Of a stretch of 64,000 nucleotides of DNA, positions 1 through 12,423 are shown one piece after another. The stretch lies in assembly GCF_006345805.1 (NCBI RefSeq), contig NC_043001.1:74772001-74836000 (forward strand). Direction: 5' to 3'. This stretch comes from Octopus sinensis. Lineage: Eukaryota. The notes under the pieces are model-generated. The model worked only from the letters and a program-made list of their open reading frames with translations, did no database searches and was not told the origin of the DNA. How positions within the stretch are numbered: position 1 is the first letter of the stretch; each line of letters begins with the position of its first letter. Made by a program: the position numbers and the translations under genes.

Positions 1-110
1 AGAAGGAAGAAAGACAAAGTTGACTTCGGATGGAATTTGAACTGTAAAGACCAGGAACGGAAACCGTAAGGTATTTTGTCCGACTCTTTGACGACTCTTC
101 CAGATGATAA
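1..110 (-). mobile_element. tRNA-derived SINE family A, diverged fragment
   Basis: Resembles the AAAGGCAAAGTCGACCTCGGCGGAATTTGAACTC block of the better copies at 8673-9070. Confidence 0.5.
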
Positions 111-181
111 TGAAGTAATAATTGGTATGATGTGTAACATAAGTGCATGGCCTGAAAATTTTGATGGGACACTGAGGAAAG

Positions 182-649
182 TACCGTAAATCTTCAAGTA
201 CAGTCCACCCTTGAGTATAATACGCAGGGGATTTTTAGGGGGCTGTACCTCTGAAAAACCTAAACCTTGTGTACAATACGCACTCCTTCTCTAACTTGAA
301 TAGTGCGTAATTAAGCCAACAGCTGTTATATAGGAATATAAATATGTTTCCAAATTGTTTTTTGTTACATGTTATTCTGTGTTCTGACTACTTTTATTTT
401 AATAAATGTTGCTTACTGCAAGTTATGGATGATTCTTTTATGACTTCATTACTTTCAGGCTTACCTTAAGGTATTTTCGCGCCCGACATCACAAAATGCC
501 TCTGAATAAACATTGCCGGACAGCAAATAGAGATTCTGACATTTCTAAGAAAATATTTTTCATTTTTAACCTCTTATATAGTACGCACTAGGGATTTTGA
601 CCTTGAAATTTTGGGGGGAAATGCGGATTATACTCCAGGATTTACGGTA
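182..649. mobile_element. Non-autonomous Tc1/mariner-superfamily MITE (Tc2/pogo-like TIRs)
   Basis: TACCGTAAATCTTCAAGTACAGTCC at 182 is an imperfect inverted repeat of TGCGGATTATACTCCAGGATTTACGGTA at 622-649; TA at both ends; no ORF. Confidence 0.7.
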
Positions 650-803
650 GTCAATTAAATTAACCCAGGTTTAACTGGTACTCTATTTAATCAACACCCA
701 GAGCGACGAAAGGCAAAGTTGATCATTGCGGGATTTGAAAAAGAGACTAACTAAATACTACAAGAGGTATTTTGTCTAATTTTATGCAACGCTTAACAGT
801 TCT

Positions 804-880
804 GCCAATACGACGACGACGATGACGATGACAATGACGATGACGATGACGATGACGATGATGATGATGATGATGATGAC

Positions 881-914
<34 letters not shown>

Positions 915-1078
915 ACGATGATGATGAAGACGAGAAGGACGACGTTGACGACGACAAAAATGACGCAGCGGGGTCCATGATGATGATTCCGACGTTGTTG
1001 ATTGATATTGACAACGAAGACGATAATGATAATGATGATGACAATTATGACGACGACGACGACGATGATCACGATGAT
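804..1078. repeat. Compound (GAT/GAC)n microsatellite
   Basis: Direct reading; explains the poly-Ile and poly-Asp ORFs. Confidence 0.95.
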
Positions 1079-1207
1079 ATTTTTGATTCCTGTTTCTTTC
1101 AAATGTTTGACTACTTGAACTTACTCGACCACAGTGGAGTAGATATGAGCAATATTAGCAGGTGGTCATTTGATGAATAAGGATATTCAAAAACTTAGAA
1201 GAGCAAC

Positions 1208-1605
<398 letters not shown>

Positions 1606-2292
1606 CAAGAATAAAGTTTTATTTTCTGTGACGATTGATTTCTTTATCAGTAAACAGGATAAAAAGAAAACTACCGAATTAATATTTCCTTTTTGTCTTA
1701 TTCTATTTTATTTCTTTTTGTTTGTTTATCAAAGGGTTCTGTTTTTTAAACTGAGAAGTTTAAATGATTCCAGCTGGAAGATTTTTCAGTGCACGTGTAA
1801 CGATGGTTTAAGATAAGCACTATCTTTCTGTTAGCAAACAACAGGTTCTGATAAGCTAGGGAGGTAATAACGTAACATCACAAAAACCTATTGGTTTAAT
1901 ATTATTTGCTAATTGTTCTATTATTGCCACCAGTGTTTGTAAAAGAAAATAATGAAAGAATGAAAGTTTCTGCGAGTAACCACAAAAAACACTCGACTCA
2001 AGAACATACATCGATTTTCATCTTATTATTCAACCGAATAAATTTTTCATGGGATAGGGATGCGCAGTTATTAAATAAAAAAAAGTATCTACGTGTCCGG
2101 GAATCTGAGCCCCCAAAAGGCATCGAGCATGATTATTTTGTATAAATGTAGATTAAACTAAAGCAGGAGTATTTCATTAACAACTAGAAGGGTGAATTAA
2201 GAAATAGCAAGAATTTCATTACCTACCTTTTAGATTTTAAAGGAATAGGTAAATGTATCATACACTGATTTTCACTAGCTAATACTGCACAT

Positions 2293-2811
2293 TGTAGAGG
2301 TGTGTGCTTAGTGGTTAGGGTGTTGAACTCATGATCGTAAGGTTGTGGTTTCGATTCCTGGACCGGGTGATGCGTTGTGTTCTTGAGCAAAACACTTCAT
2401 TTTCGCGTTGCTCCAGTCCACTCAGCCGGCAAAAAATGAGTAACCCTGCGACAGACCGGCGTCCCGTCCTGGTGGAGAATTTCTACGCCACTGAAACCGG
2501 GAAACTGGCCCTTATGAGACTGGCATGGCTTGAGAAGGAACATTTTTGGTGGAGGCGCTTGGCTTAGTGGTTAGGGTGTCAGCATCATGATCGTAAAATT
2601 GTGGTTTCGATTCAAGGACCGGGCGACGTGTTGTGTTCTTGAGCAAAACACTTCATTTCACGTTGCTCCAGTCCACTCAGCTGGCAAAAATGAGTAATCC
2701 TGCGACGGACCGGCGTCTCGTCCAGGTGGGGAACACATACGCCATAGAAACCGGGAAACTGGGCCCATGAGCCTGGCTAGGCTTTAAAAGGGCGCATTAT
2801 TATTTTTTTAT
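2293..2811 (+). mobile_element. Head-to-tail dimer of CORE-type tRNA SINE family B
   Basis: Two A-box/B-box heads (GGCTTAGTGG...GTTTCGATTC), CORE-like TGTGTTCTTGAGCAAAACACTT, ATT/T tail; 13-bp TSD TAATACTGCACAT at 2280-2292 and 2812-2824. Confidence 0.85.
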
Positions 2812-2924
2812 TAATACTGCACATAGATAAGTTAGCATAGACATGATTTCATTCTAGATACCACTGTTTAATTATAAAGATGGCACTAAGAATTTTTTTA
2901 GCTGCCATTCAGATGTAAGGGGTG

Positions 2925-3115
2925 CAGCCATGCTGGAGCATCGCCTTGGTGAACTTTAGTCGAACGACCTATTTTTAAAGTCTGATACTTATTCCATCGG
3001 TCTCTTTTGCCTAGTCGCTACGTTACGTAGACGTAAACACACCAACACCGATTAAGAAGCGGAGGACAAACACAAACACAAAGATACACACTCACATAGA
3101 TGTATACACACAGAC

Positions 3116-3154
<39 letters not shown>

Positions 3155-3778
3155 CGCACACACACACACATACACACACACACATACACATATACTTTTA
3201 TTCTTGCTTTTATTCTTTTACTTGCTTCAGTCATTTGACTGTGGCCTTGCTGGAGCACCGCCTTGAAGAATTGTAGTTGAACAAGCCTAGTATTTATGCT
3301 ATCGTTCCCTTGGCCTAACCGCTATGTTATGGAAACATAACCATACCAACACCGGTTGTCAAGTGGTGATCGGGGGACAAATACAGACAGAAAGACTACT
3401 TCAGAGGGTTCTTGGCACACACTAGTATATACATATATGTACACATATACAACAGGCTTCTTTCAGTTTCCGTCTACCAAATCCACTCACAAAGCTTTGA
3501 TCGGCCCGAGGCTATAGTAGAACACACTTGCCCAAGGTGTCACACAGTGGGACTGAACCCGGAGCCTTGTGGTTGAGAATCAAGCTTCTTACCACACAGT
3601 CACACCTGCGATTGTATATGACGGGCTTCTTTCGATTTCCCTCGACCAAATCCACTCACAAGCCATTGATCGACTCAAGGCTATATAAGATACTTGCCCG
3701 AGGCCCTATGTAGTGAGACTGAACCTGGAACTATGTGGTTGTGAAGGAAACTTCTTACCGTACAGCCACACCAGCGCA
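2925..3778 (-). mobile_element. Cluster of SINE family C (tail, full copy with microsatellite spacer, extra head)
   Basis: GCCATGCTGGAGCACCGCC tail blocks and CTTGCCCAAGG...GGGACTGAACC head blocks recurring across the window. Confidence 0.75.
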
Positions 3779-4269
3779 TATAACTAATACTGTTTAAATA
3801 TAAACGAATAAGAAGGGTACCAGGTATTTGACTAGTATTTCAAATTTAAGGAATAGACAGAGGTAGCAGACAGGGATTTCACAAGCTAGTAATATTTTTA
3901 TATATAAAGAGAGTTAGAATAATAGGGCACCGAAGATTTCATTAGCTACCATTTAGTAAAGTGCATTTAACAACGATCACATATCTTATAACTGAAAGGT
4001 AAACAGGGTAGACACCATTACTGTGTTACTCGAGACTCGTTGCAACTGTATAAATAAAATGTATAAATGACTTGCTCTGGAAGTGTTTGAGATCAATTTT
4101 ATTACATCATCGATTGCTCTTTATTGAAACGGGGATCATAACCACAATACTTTAGATCATAGTCGTGCTCTGTTACGGTTTACTAGAGACTGAATAAAAC
4201 ACACACACACACACACACACAACTCACACAAACACGCACACACATTTCTCTGTGTGCGCATATATATAT

Positions 4270-4556
4270 CACCGTGATCACCGTGACCGGTGATGTTGCT
4301 ACACATCGCTGGTTACAATGCGCTTCGCATTATTTTAGCCTTCAAATGACACCACCCCGCTTGCTAAGCGAGCTGGCCAACAGAAGAAAGAGTGAGAGAA
4401 AGTTGTGGTGAAATAGTACAGCAGGGATCGCCACCAACCCCTGCCGGAGCCTCGTGGAGCTTTAGGTATTTTCGCTCAATAAACACTCACAACGCCCGGT
4501 CTGGGAATCGAAACCGCAAGTCCGCGGCCCTAACCACTGGGCCATTGCGCCTCCAC
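4270..4556 (-). mobile_element. tRNA SINE, head D with tail type 1
   Basis: Reverse complement starts GTGGAGGCGCAATGGCCCAGTGGTTAGG...GTTTCGATTCCC; same tail as 44965-45258. Confidence 0.85.
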
Positions 4557-4574
4557 GCATATATATATATATAA

Positions 4575-5348
4575 AATTGGGGAAGGCCGGTTTATGGGAT
4601 TACCTTAGGTTTCCCCTCCATAAAGGGTTTAGCTTTATGGCATATCGTCAGATTCCAGAACCTGTTGGCCCAAGGCCTCTTTAAAATAAGGGGGAAATGC
4701 CTCACCACCAACTCCAGCGACACCAGCATAAATAATCCCAGCTTCAATAACAACGACGACGGCGGCAGCAACAACAGCGAAACCAGAAGATACAGACGCA
4801 GCGCCGACAACACCCGCGCACGGATATACATGGCTGATTTCTGTTTCTAGTGTATGGAGGATGGTTGGGGGTGGTTTGTGGGTTATTCGGTTTTTCTTTC
4901 TTATTTCTTGTTATTTTCTTTAGAAAGGGATTATCTGTACCCAATTCATTTTTGAAAATTGGCGCATATCTTTGGAAGAAATCGTTGCTTTTTTCCAGCG
5001 TAGGAGAGAATTTCTTTCTTCCTTTTCACAGATTTCTTTCCAATGATTTATGGTATTTTCGAGGGGTTGTCCCTCGGTTCATTTCTGTATTTCACTATGC
5101 ATCTCCTCGTCGATGTTTTTATATTTTTCCTCATTAGTGGAGGCCCTAAGTTTTAGTAATTCTATCTCTGATTTTAAATTGAATAGAGCTGACCTTTCCC
5201 TAATAGTTCTCTGTCCGTCAGGTTCGTTGGGTATTATTTTGATCTGGAATTTGCGTGGGAGGATAATTGGTGTTGAGTTCATCCATCCCTTGTATACATC
5301 TGCTTTGTTGGAATTTTTTATCATGTTCCAGAAGGCGAGTTTTCTATT
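4575..5348 (-). pseudogene. Inverted N-terminal ORF segment of Penelope-like element PLE-A
   Basis: ORFs 5079-5369 (PIILPRKFQIK...ELLKLRA) and 4744-4944 (DNPFLK) resemble PLE N-terminal region; abuts plus-strand RT/EN segment, the inverted 5' structure typical of PLEs. Confidence 0.55.
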
Positions 5349-6163
5349 GTGCAAGAAGGATATGCACAATAGTGTCAGAACAAAATACCAGGAACTTTAG
5401 ACTACAAGAACTCAAAAACACCCTAATTGACAGACACTACCCAGTTCAACTCATAGAGGATGGGATTAGACGTGCAACAGAAATCGACATAGAAACTTAG
5501 AGAAAAGTTCAACCTTCCCCGAAAATACTGCCTTACATATCCACATACAACCCCAGAAACAAAGAAGCCTTCACCATCATCACCCAGAATTTACCAATAC
5601 TTCATAAGGACCCCAAATTAAAGGAAATTCTAAACATACATAAAATCATTAAAAGCTACAAACAACCTAAATCACTTAAAAAGATTCTCACAAAGGCAAA
5701 ATTGTTTTCTGAAATTACGGATGCAAAAGTAAAAAAATGTGGTAGACCAAACTGCGCAACATGCCCAAACCTTCTAGAAGGATCAGAATTCCTTTTTAAA
5801 GAGGGACAAAAATTCAAGATCAGATCTAATTTTACTTGTGCTTCTGAAAACATAATTTATGTCATAAGGTGCTTGGGCTGCCACCAAAACTACGTGGGGT
5901 CCACGGGACTATCACTCAGACGTAGATGCACTCTGCATCGACAACAGATTGCATTCCCAGAATACAGAATGATACCCTTTAGTGAGCATATTGAGAAATG
6001 CGCAAAGCAACTACTACCACAATTTTTAATCTTTCCATTCTATCAATGTGCTATTGGAACACCAACACAAATTAGATTAAACAAGGAAACATTCTTCATT
6101 GAAAAATATAAGCCCAAACTTAACCATTCTAACATTCTTATACAGAGAAACTCACCCCATTAA
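5349..6163 (+). pseudogene. PLE-A RT thumb plus GIY-YIG endonuclease
   Basis: ARRICTIVS...LPYISTYNPRN, CGRPNCATC linker, IIYVIRCLGCHQNYVGST (GIY-YIG), HIEKC, KYKPKLN; one in-frame stop near 5508. Confidence 0.92.
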
Positions 6164-6293
6164 ATAAAGTGAAAAGAAATATAAAGCGATTATCTCCCTT
6201 ATACCGGAAGAAATCGCTTATTACCTCCCCCTACCTGGAACTCTTCTTTGCACTTCATAACGAAGACATAACACGATGTAGATAAAGACATTT

Positions 6294-6332
6294 GAGAAAT
6301 TTGAAAAGTTAACACGAAACCGGTATTTTCTT
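6294..6332 (+). ncRNA. Minimal type I hammerhead ribozyme, U3:A8 core, in PLE-A 3' UTR
   Basis: GAGAAAT-TTGAAAA-GT(TAAC)AC-GAAA-CCGGT-A-TTTTCTT; palindromic stem III ACCGGT; first stem I pair mismatched. Confidence 0.6.
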
Positions 6333-6490
6333 CAAAAACTATGTTACTGTATGAAAAAATTTTATAACATTCTTCTGACGTAATGACTCAAATATATTCT
6401 TTAACCTTATAAAACAAGCCTTCTGTAGTTTTTCACTCTTTACTATTTTCTATATATCCAACAACGTGCTTTCACACACCAACTTTCTCA

Positions 6491-6557
<67 letters not shown>

Positions 6558-6559
<2 letters not shown>

Positions 6560-6790
6560 TCTTTACTCTTTACTCCTTTACTCTTTTACTTGTTTCAGTC
6601 ATTTGACCGTGGCCATACTGGAGCACCGCCTTTAGTCGAGCAAATAGACCTCAGTACTTATACTTTGTAAGCCTAGTACTTATTCTATCGGTCTCTTTTG
6701 CCGAACCGCTATGTTACGGGGACGTAAACACACCAGCATCGGTTGTCAAACGATGTTGGGAGGACAAATACAGACACACAAACACATACT
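6558..6790 (-). mobile_element. SINE family C tail
   Basis: TTTTACTTGTTTCAGTCATTTGAC...GGAGCACCGCCTTTAGTCG...GACAAATACAGACAC. Confidence 0.8.
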
Positions 6791-7275
6791 TTATCCTCAA
6801 AAATTGGAATTTTGGATTTGACCGAATAAGATGATGTGGATGATCGGAGCGGCGGTGGAGATAAATGTGGGATGACGTGGACTTGCAAAATAATTCTGTC
6901 ACTATTCTGCCTCTAGAAAACTTGACTTATGTGTCCATAAATTCAATGCTAGTTTTTGAAATACTAGACGTAAATTTTATGTTGGACTTAAAGCCATAGT
7001 CTCTAGCATAACAGTCACAGAAATGCAAGAAGTCCATTAAACTATCCTGTGATCATTCCCAGACAAAAAATAAGTCATCAATGAACCGTAACCAGAGTAT
7101 TGGTTCATGACCATGAAGGGGTTTGAATGTCTTCAGTAGCTGCATCTCGAATTTCGTCATGAAGATATTAGCGAAATTAACTGCCATGGGTTGTCCACGG
7201 CGCAACCCTTTGTCTGGTGGTAAAATCTTTGTCTAAACTTCATTGTGTTACTTTCTAACACAAACCTCAATAATC
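6790..7275 (-). pseudogene. PLE-B RT motifs 4-7 and thumb
   Basis: QTKGCA-G-PMA, RFIDD catalytic motif, IKFT..IEFMD; motifs 1-3 missing. Confidence 0.85.
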
Positions 7276-7934
7276 TACAGAGAGTGCGTAACGTTGGGAG
7301 TTTGTGAGGTTATTCCAGGACTTCTTTCTACTTGATTAAGGCTTTCTATAATGCCTGCCTGACAAGATTCAATAAATTCCAGTAGTGCTTGTGAACGTCT
7401 ATCCCGAACTTTATCTGGATACCAACTGGGATTGTTTTCAATCCAGTTACGCCAGATTCTATCATCGTTTTTATTTTCAGTAAGCATGGGGTTTTCTGAC
7501 TCCTCGTTATCAGTTTTTTCAAAAAAAATATTCTTTCAGCTTGTGAAGTCGGACAAACTGAAATAGCCCTTGAGCTAGTTTAGTCTTGTCGAAATTCTTA
7601 GTGCTTGGACAAAAACTCAGTCCAAGCTCCATGACTGAGACATCGTCGGGCACAAGTTTTAGTTTAGATAAATTTATGACCGACTTATTCTCTAGTGTGA
7701 TGGTTTTTCTCGGGCAAGTGGTTTTCAGAGTCTTACTCTCATTAGATTTCTGACTACGTTTTGGGCTTTGCTCAAAATCTTCACTTAAAACACGAAACCT
7801 ACTGGGTGATAAAATTTGTTCCATGTGAGAAGCTATAATTTTTAGTCGTCTTTCTAGGGGTAATCCATTTCTGGGTGGGCGATAGAAAGTGAGTGACTTC
7901 TGTGGTTTTTGTAGACATTTGGAAAACCTTTACT

Positions 7935-8400
7935 TTCGGGAAAGGAACAAATTTATTGTTTTTGAGGCAAAATCTTAAATGTGCTCGCATTTTTGACTGA
8001 TCAAATAAAAACTTCTCTGGAGCGTTTCCAATGACTAGTTCAAATGCATACGCCAGGGCAAAAGGCCACAATTATATGTGCCAACTTGGGGATTAATTAT
8101 ATGAACTTGTTGAATTGTAGGAACAATGTTTGTTTGTGGTGAATACAATGTTGTTATTTGTGTCATTAGTTCCTGCGAAACTGGTAAGTTCAAACTGTCA
8201 TAAATATAAACATCTCCGAAAAAATTAGTTGACAAAACAAAATGATTGTTCCTGGTGTGATGAATGAACAGTTTGCGGTGTGGATAAGAAATTCTGTGTG
8301 AGAAAAGAATGGTTGGTTGTATTGGAATTTCTAGAAAATTTTCCGCTGCGATTTTCAACCCGGCGTCAATGAGTTTATCACATAACATTTGTCCTGAAAG
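7935..8400 (-). pseudogene. Ulp1/SENP-like (peptidase C48) cysteine protease domain within PLE-B
   Basis: His 8242-8244 (NNHFV), Asp 8197-8199 (IYDSL), Gln 8086-8088, Cys 8068-8070 (QVGTYNCG); 1-nt frameshift in a T run restores CGLFALAYA...FDQSKMRAHLRFCL. Confidence 0.7.
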
Positions 8401-8672
8401 TAAAAACGACTTCTCATATTTCAAAGCAAATTTTCTCAACCAAAATGTTCCCTTGTCCACTGGCTCAGGTAAATGGGAAATCAGCTTCTTTTGGGTTTTT
8501 TTTTTTTTTATCTTCGAGGCCGAAATTTCCTTTTTTCAAAGTTCGTCAAACAGTTACACAAAAGGTTCAAACGATTTTTAGAACATACCTTTTTAAGGAC
8601 GCTCGAAATCTTAATGTCTGTACCAAGCAGTATTAATTTTGAACGATAGTGATAAATAATAGCTTCCATTAT

Positions 8673-9070
8673 ATTTCTTTATTGCCCACAAGGGGCTAAA
8701 CATAGAAGGGACAAACAAGGACAGACAAAGGGATTAAGTCGATTACATCTACTCCAGTGTGTAACTGGTACTTATTTAATCGACCTCGAAAGGATGAAAG
8801 GCAAAGTCGACCTCGGCGGAATTTGAACTCAGAACGTAGCGGCAGACGAAATGCCAATTTCTTTACTACCCACAAGGGGCTAAACACAGAGAGGACAAAC
8901 AAGGACAGACAAACGGATTAAGTCGATTATATCGACCCCAGTGCGTAACTGGTACTTATTTAATCGACCCCGAAAGGATGAAAGGCAAAGTCGACCTCGG
9001 CGGAATTTGAACTCAGAACGTATCGCAGACGAAATATCGCTAAGTATTTCGCCCGGCGTGCTAACGATTC
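8673..9070 (-). mobile_element. Dimer of tRNA SINE family A inserted into PLE-B
   Basis: Two tandem units; B-box GAGTTCAAATTCC on minus strand; 12-bp TSD AGCTTCCATTAT at 8661-8672 and 9071-9082. Confidence 0.9.
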
Positions 9071-9489
9071 AGCTTCCATTATGTTAAATGAATTGCTCTC
9101 ACCAATTAATTTAAACTTTTGAAGCAATGAATTGTCAAGCTTTGATGCATGTTTCCAGAAATGATAGATGCCTCTTGACTTTAGCACGAAAACGATTAAG
9201 TTTTTTCACAGATAGAAATGTCGATTTCTCAATTTCTGATTCATATTTGAATGGTACAAATTCCATTGGCCCAGGATTGGGTTCAACGCTGGAGTCTAGC
9301 GAAACTAACAGGGCTAACAAGCCAACTGTAAGAAGGAAAAAAATGCAAAAGCTATAATTTGCATTACGGTTTTCCTTAGACACCCGGCTGCTTTGGTAAC
9401 TTCCAGAATTTCTATATGATCCAATTCTTATTCTGTGTACCATAAAATCAATCATCTCAATCTACTTTTAAATGTATTTTCAAATTAAT

Positions 9490-10679
9490 TTTCGTTAAAT
9501 TACTCTGACTTTATATATCATTTTAAAGCCCGTTTTTCGCTCTATCTAATAGGTCATTTTTTTCCGGAACGTTGAATACAACATGGACAAAAAGCAAATT
9601 CGCACAATTTTCTTATTCCAGTTCAAGCTAGGTCGAAAAGCTGCTAAAACAGCTCGCGATATCAACGATGTGTTTCGCCCAGGAACCACTAATGAACGTA
9701 CAGCACAATGGTGGCTCAAGAAATTTTGCAGCTGTGACGAGAGTCTTGAAGATGATAAGCGTAGTGGTCGGCCATCGGATGTTAACAACTATCAACTAAG
9801 AGCCTTAGTTGAAGCCAATCCACGCCCAACTGTTCGAGAGCTTGCTTCTGAATTAGACGTAACGTATACGACAATTTCCAACCACTTGAAAGAGACTGGG
9901 AAAACAAAAATACCTGAGAAATAGGTGCCGGACGAATTGAACGACAACCAAAAAAAAAAACGCCATTTTGAAGTGTCGTCTTCCCTTATTTTACGCAACA
10001 AGAACGACCCGTTTCTCGACCGGATTGTGACTTGCGATGAAAAGTAGATTCTTTACGACAACCGGCGACGCTCAGCTCAGTGGTTGAACGCCGACGAAGC
10101 TCCACGGCACTTCCCGAAGCCAAAGTTGCATCAGATGAAGGTCATGGTGACTGTTTGGTGATCTGTGGCAGGTCTCATCCATCACAGCTTTTTGGATCCA
10201 GGCGAAACCATTACGGCGGAGGAGTACCGTCAGCAAATGAATGAAATGCATAAGAAACACCGACAACAGCCAGCATTGGTCACTAGAAAAGGACCAATTC
10301 TTCTCCACGATAACGCTCGGTCGCACGTCGCACAACTGACCCTGTAGAAGTTGAACGAATTGGGCTACGAAACTCTGCCTCATTCGCCATACTCACCAGA
10401 CCTCTCATCTACCGACTTCCACTTCTTCAATCATCTCGACAACTTCCTGCGTGAGAAATGCTTCAAAAACCAAGTCGATGACAAACACGGGTTCAACGAC
10501 TTCATCGCCACCAGAATGCAGGATTTTTACGCTACAGGCACAAATAAACTTGTTTCGCGTTGGCGAAAATGTGTCGGTTCTGACTGTTAATTTCGATTAA
10601 TAAAATTTTGTTTGAGCCGAGATATGTGCATCTGAATTGAAAGGTTAAAAACCACCAGAACTTTCTTGACAACTTAATA
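9490..10679 (+). mobile_element. Mariner (Hsmar1-like, DD34D) with disrupted transposase 9583-10590
   Basis: MDKKQIR..RSGRP HTH, VTCDEK, LLHDNA, YSPDLSSTDF; right TIR ending AACTTAA then TA at 10678-10679; left TIR not found; in-frame stops and frameshifts. Confidence 0.93.
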
Positions 10680-10689
10680 GTTTCTTGTA

Positions 10690-12335
10690 GGTAGGCATTG
10701 ATCTTGGGATGCTATGATAAACTCTTCTGTTTCTGATTTTAAGCCAGAAGACACTAACCATTGATGGGTAAGGGCTTTGTTAACATTGGCATTATAAGCT
10801 TTCTTTTGGGTATTTGCCATTAGGAGGTTTTTCTTGTCATTTATCAGTAAGAATATCTATGGCAGCAATTTTAGCACGGGTTTTCATACGCTTAGTTTTT
10901 TCTGTGCTTGTTTCAATTATGTCTAATTCTGGGATTTGTTATATTTGGAATTCACTTAGATATTCTTTTACCTGCTTTGTTACTGAGTATGATGCTTTCT
11001 TGTTTTCATGCTTTATGACAAGTTTTAACATCCAGTCATCAGAGTTTATCAGGTAGGTGTTGAGGCCAATTGTGGAAGTCTTCATTGTTAATTCCAGTTG
11101 TAAAAGTCCACGGCCTCCCTCTTTTCTTGGCAGATAAAGTCGTTCTATATCTGCCTTAGGGTGGTGCATTCTATGCATTGTCAACAATTTTCATAATTTT
11201 TTGTCAAGATGATATATTTCAGTAATTGACCAGTTAATAATATTGAAACTGTAAGTCACGACTGGTATGGCTAAAATATTGATCGCTTCGATCCTATTTC
11301 TTGCATTCAGCTCTGTCTTGAGTATTGCCCTTACCCCGCATTAACATTCTCTTCTGATCCTTTCCTTCATCAATGAATGTTTAATTCTATCACCTTTAAA
11401 TACCCCTAGGTATTTGTAGCCCTCCGCTGGTTCTAATTCCTTTATGACATTCTGCTGGTCAAGATTAACGTTGGATGTTTCTGTCATTTTTCATTTGATA
11501 AAAGTAGCTTTTGCACATTTATCGAGGCCAAATTGCATCCTGATGTCATCACTGAATTGTTTAACAATTGCTAGTAAGCCCTGTAGTTGTTGGTCATTTT
11601 TTGCAAAGAGCTTTAATATCATCCTTGTGAAAGAGATGATTTATATTTACCAAACATTTTATAGCCTTATTGTACATCATCGAGCAATTCCGAGAGAGGT
11701 ATTAATGCTAGACAAAAGAGGAGTGGTGACAGAGAGTCCCCTTGGAAAATTCCATATGAAATTTCTTACATCTCCAATATTGACAAGATCTATTGTCACT
11801 CGTAGAGTTATTGTCTACCCAGGCTATCGACAAGTTTTTGTGTCGTTTATGACAATCTTCCAAGATCATCTTATTGATGAGTAGCTGATACAGCCATAGG
11901 ACCCAGGTTTACATCCTTTTTGCTCATTAGGGAATATGCCACTTTTTATTAAAAAAATATAGGCATATTCAGTCAAGAATATGTTGTTAAGCAGGTTATG
12001 GGTCTATAATTTTTTGGTTTATTTGTCTCTTCATTTTTTGGAAGTAGGAATGTAACACAATTAACTAGCCAAGAGGGAATCATACTAGGTTGTTGCAAAA
12101 CATTGTTGTAGTTTTGTTAGCAGTTCATGACACTCTGGGAAGGCATTCAGCCAGAAGTTAGGAATTTTATCCTTTCCTAGAAACTTCCATTTGCTTGACT
12201 TTCTGAGAGTAGATCTTATATCCTCTACCTTGATACTCTCCCACTTTTGCTCTTCTAAGGAGTCTAAGTCGGTAGATATTTTATTGTGTTCTGCCCAAAT
12301 TTTATTCCAAAATTCTTGCACTTCTTTTTACTTTT
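10690..12335 (-). pseudogene. RLE-type (R4/Dong-like) LINE RT fragment
   Basis: FWNKIW..KWKFLGKDKIPNFWL, GDSLSPLLF, FGLDKCAK, YKYLG, HHPKADIERLYLPRKEGGRGL. Confidence 0.85.
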
Positions 12336-12339
12336 TCTA

Positions 12340-12379
12340 TTTATTATTATTATTGTTATTCTTGTTGTTGTTGTTGTTG

Positions 12380-12423
<44 letters not shown>

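Larger units (their letters stand above)
6790..9455 (-). mobile_element. Penelope-like element PLE-B: 2A-like peptide, N-terminal domain, Ulp1-like protease, internally deleted RT
   Basis: Minus-strand frames give VEPNPGP, RHLSFLETCIK, KKTQKKL, HHTRNNHFV/YIYDSL/QVGTYNCG, ENKSVINLS..LGLSFCPS, FYHQTKGCA..PMAVNFANIFM, WLRFIDDLFFVW, SDHPHHL..QFLRIK; several stops and frameshifts. Confidence 0.8.

Noticed and set aside
9920-10350. Clustered TGG-to-stop changes in the mariner suggesting deaminase hypermutation
   Set aside because: Only a few events, and Trp codons reach stops by any single transition
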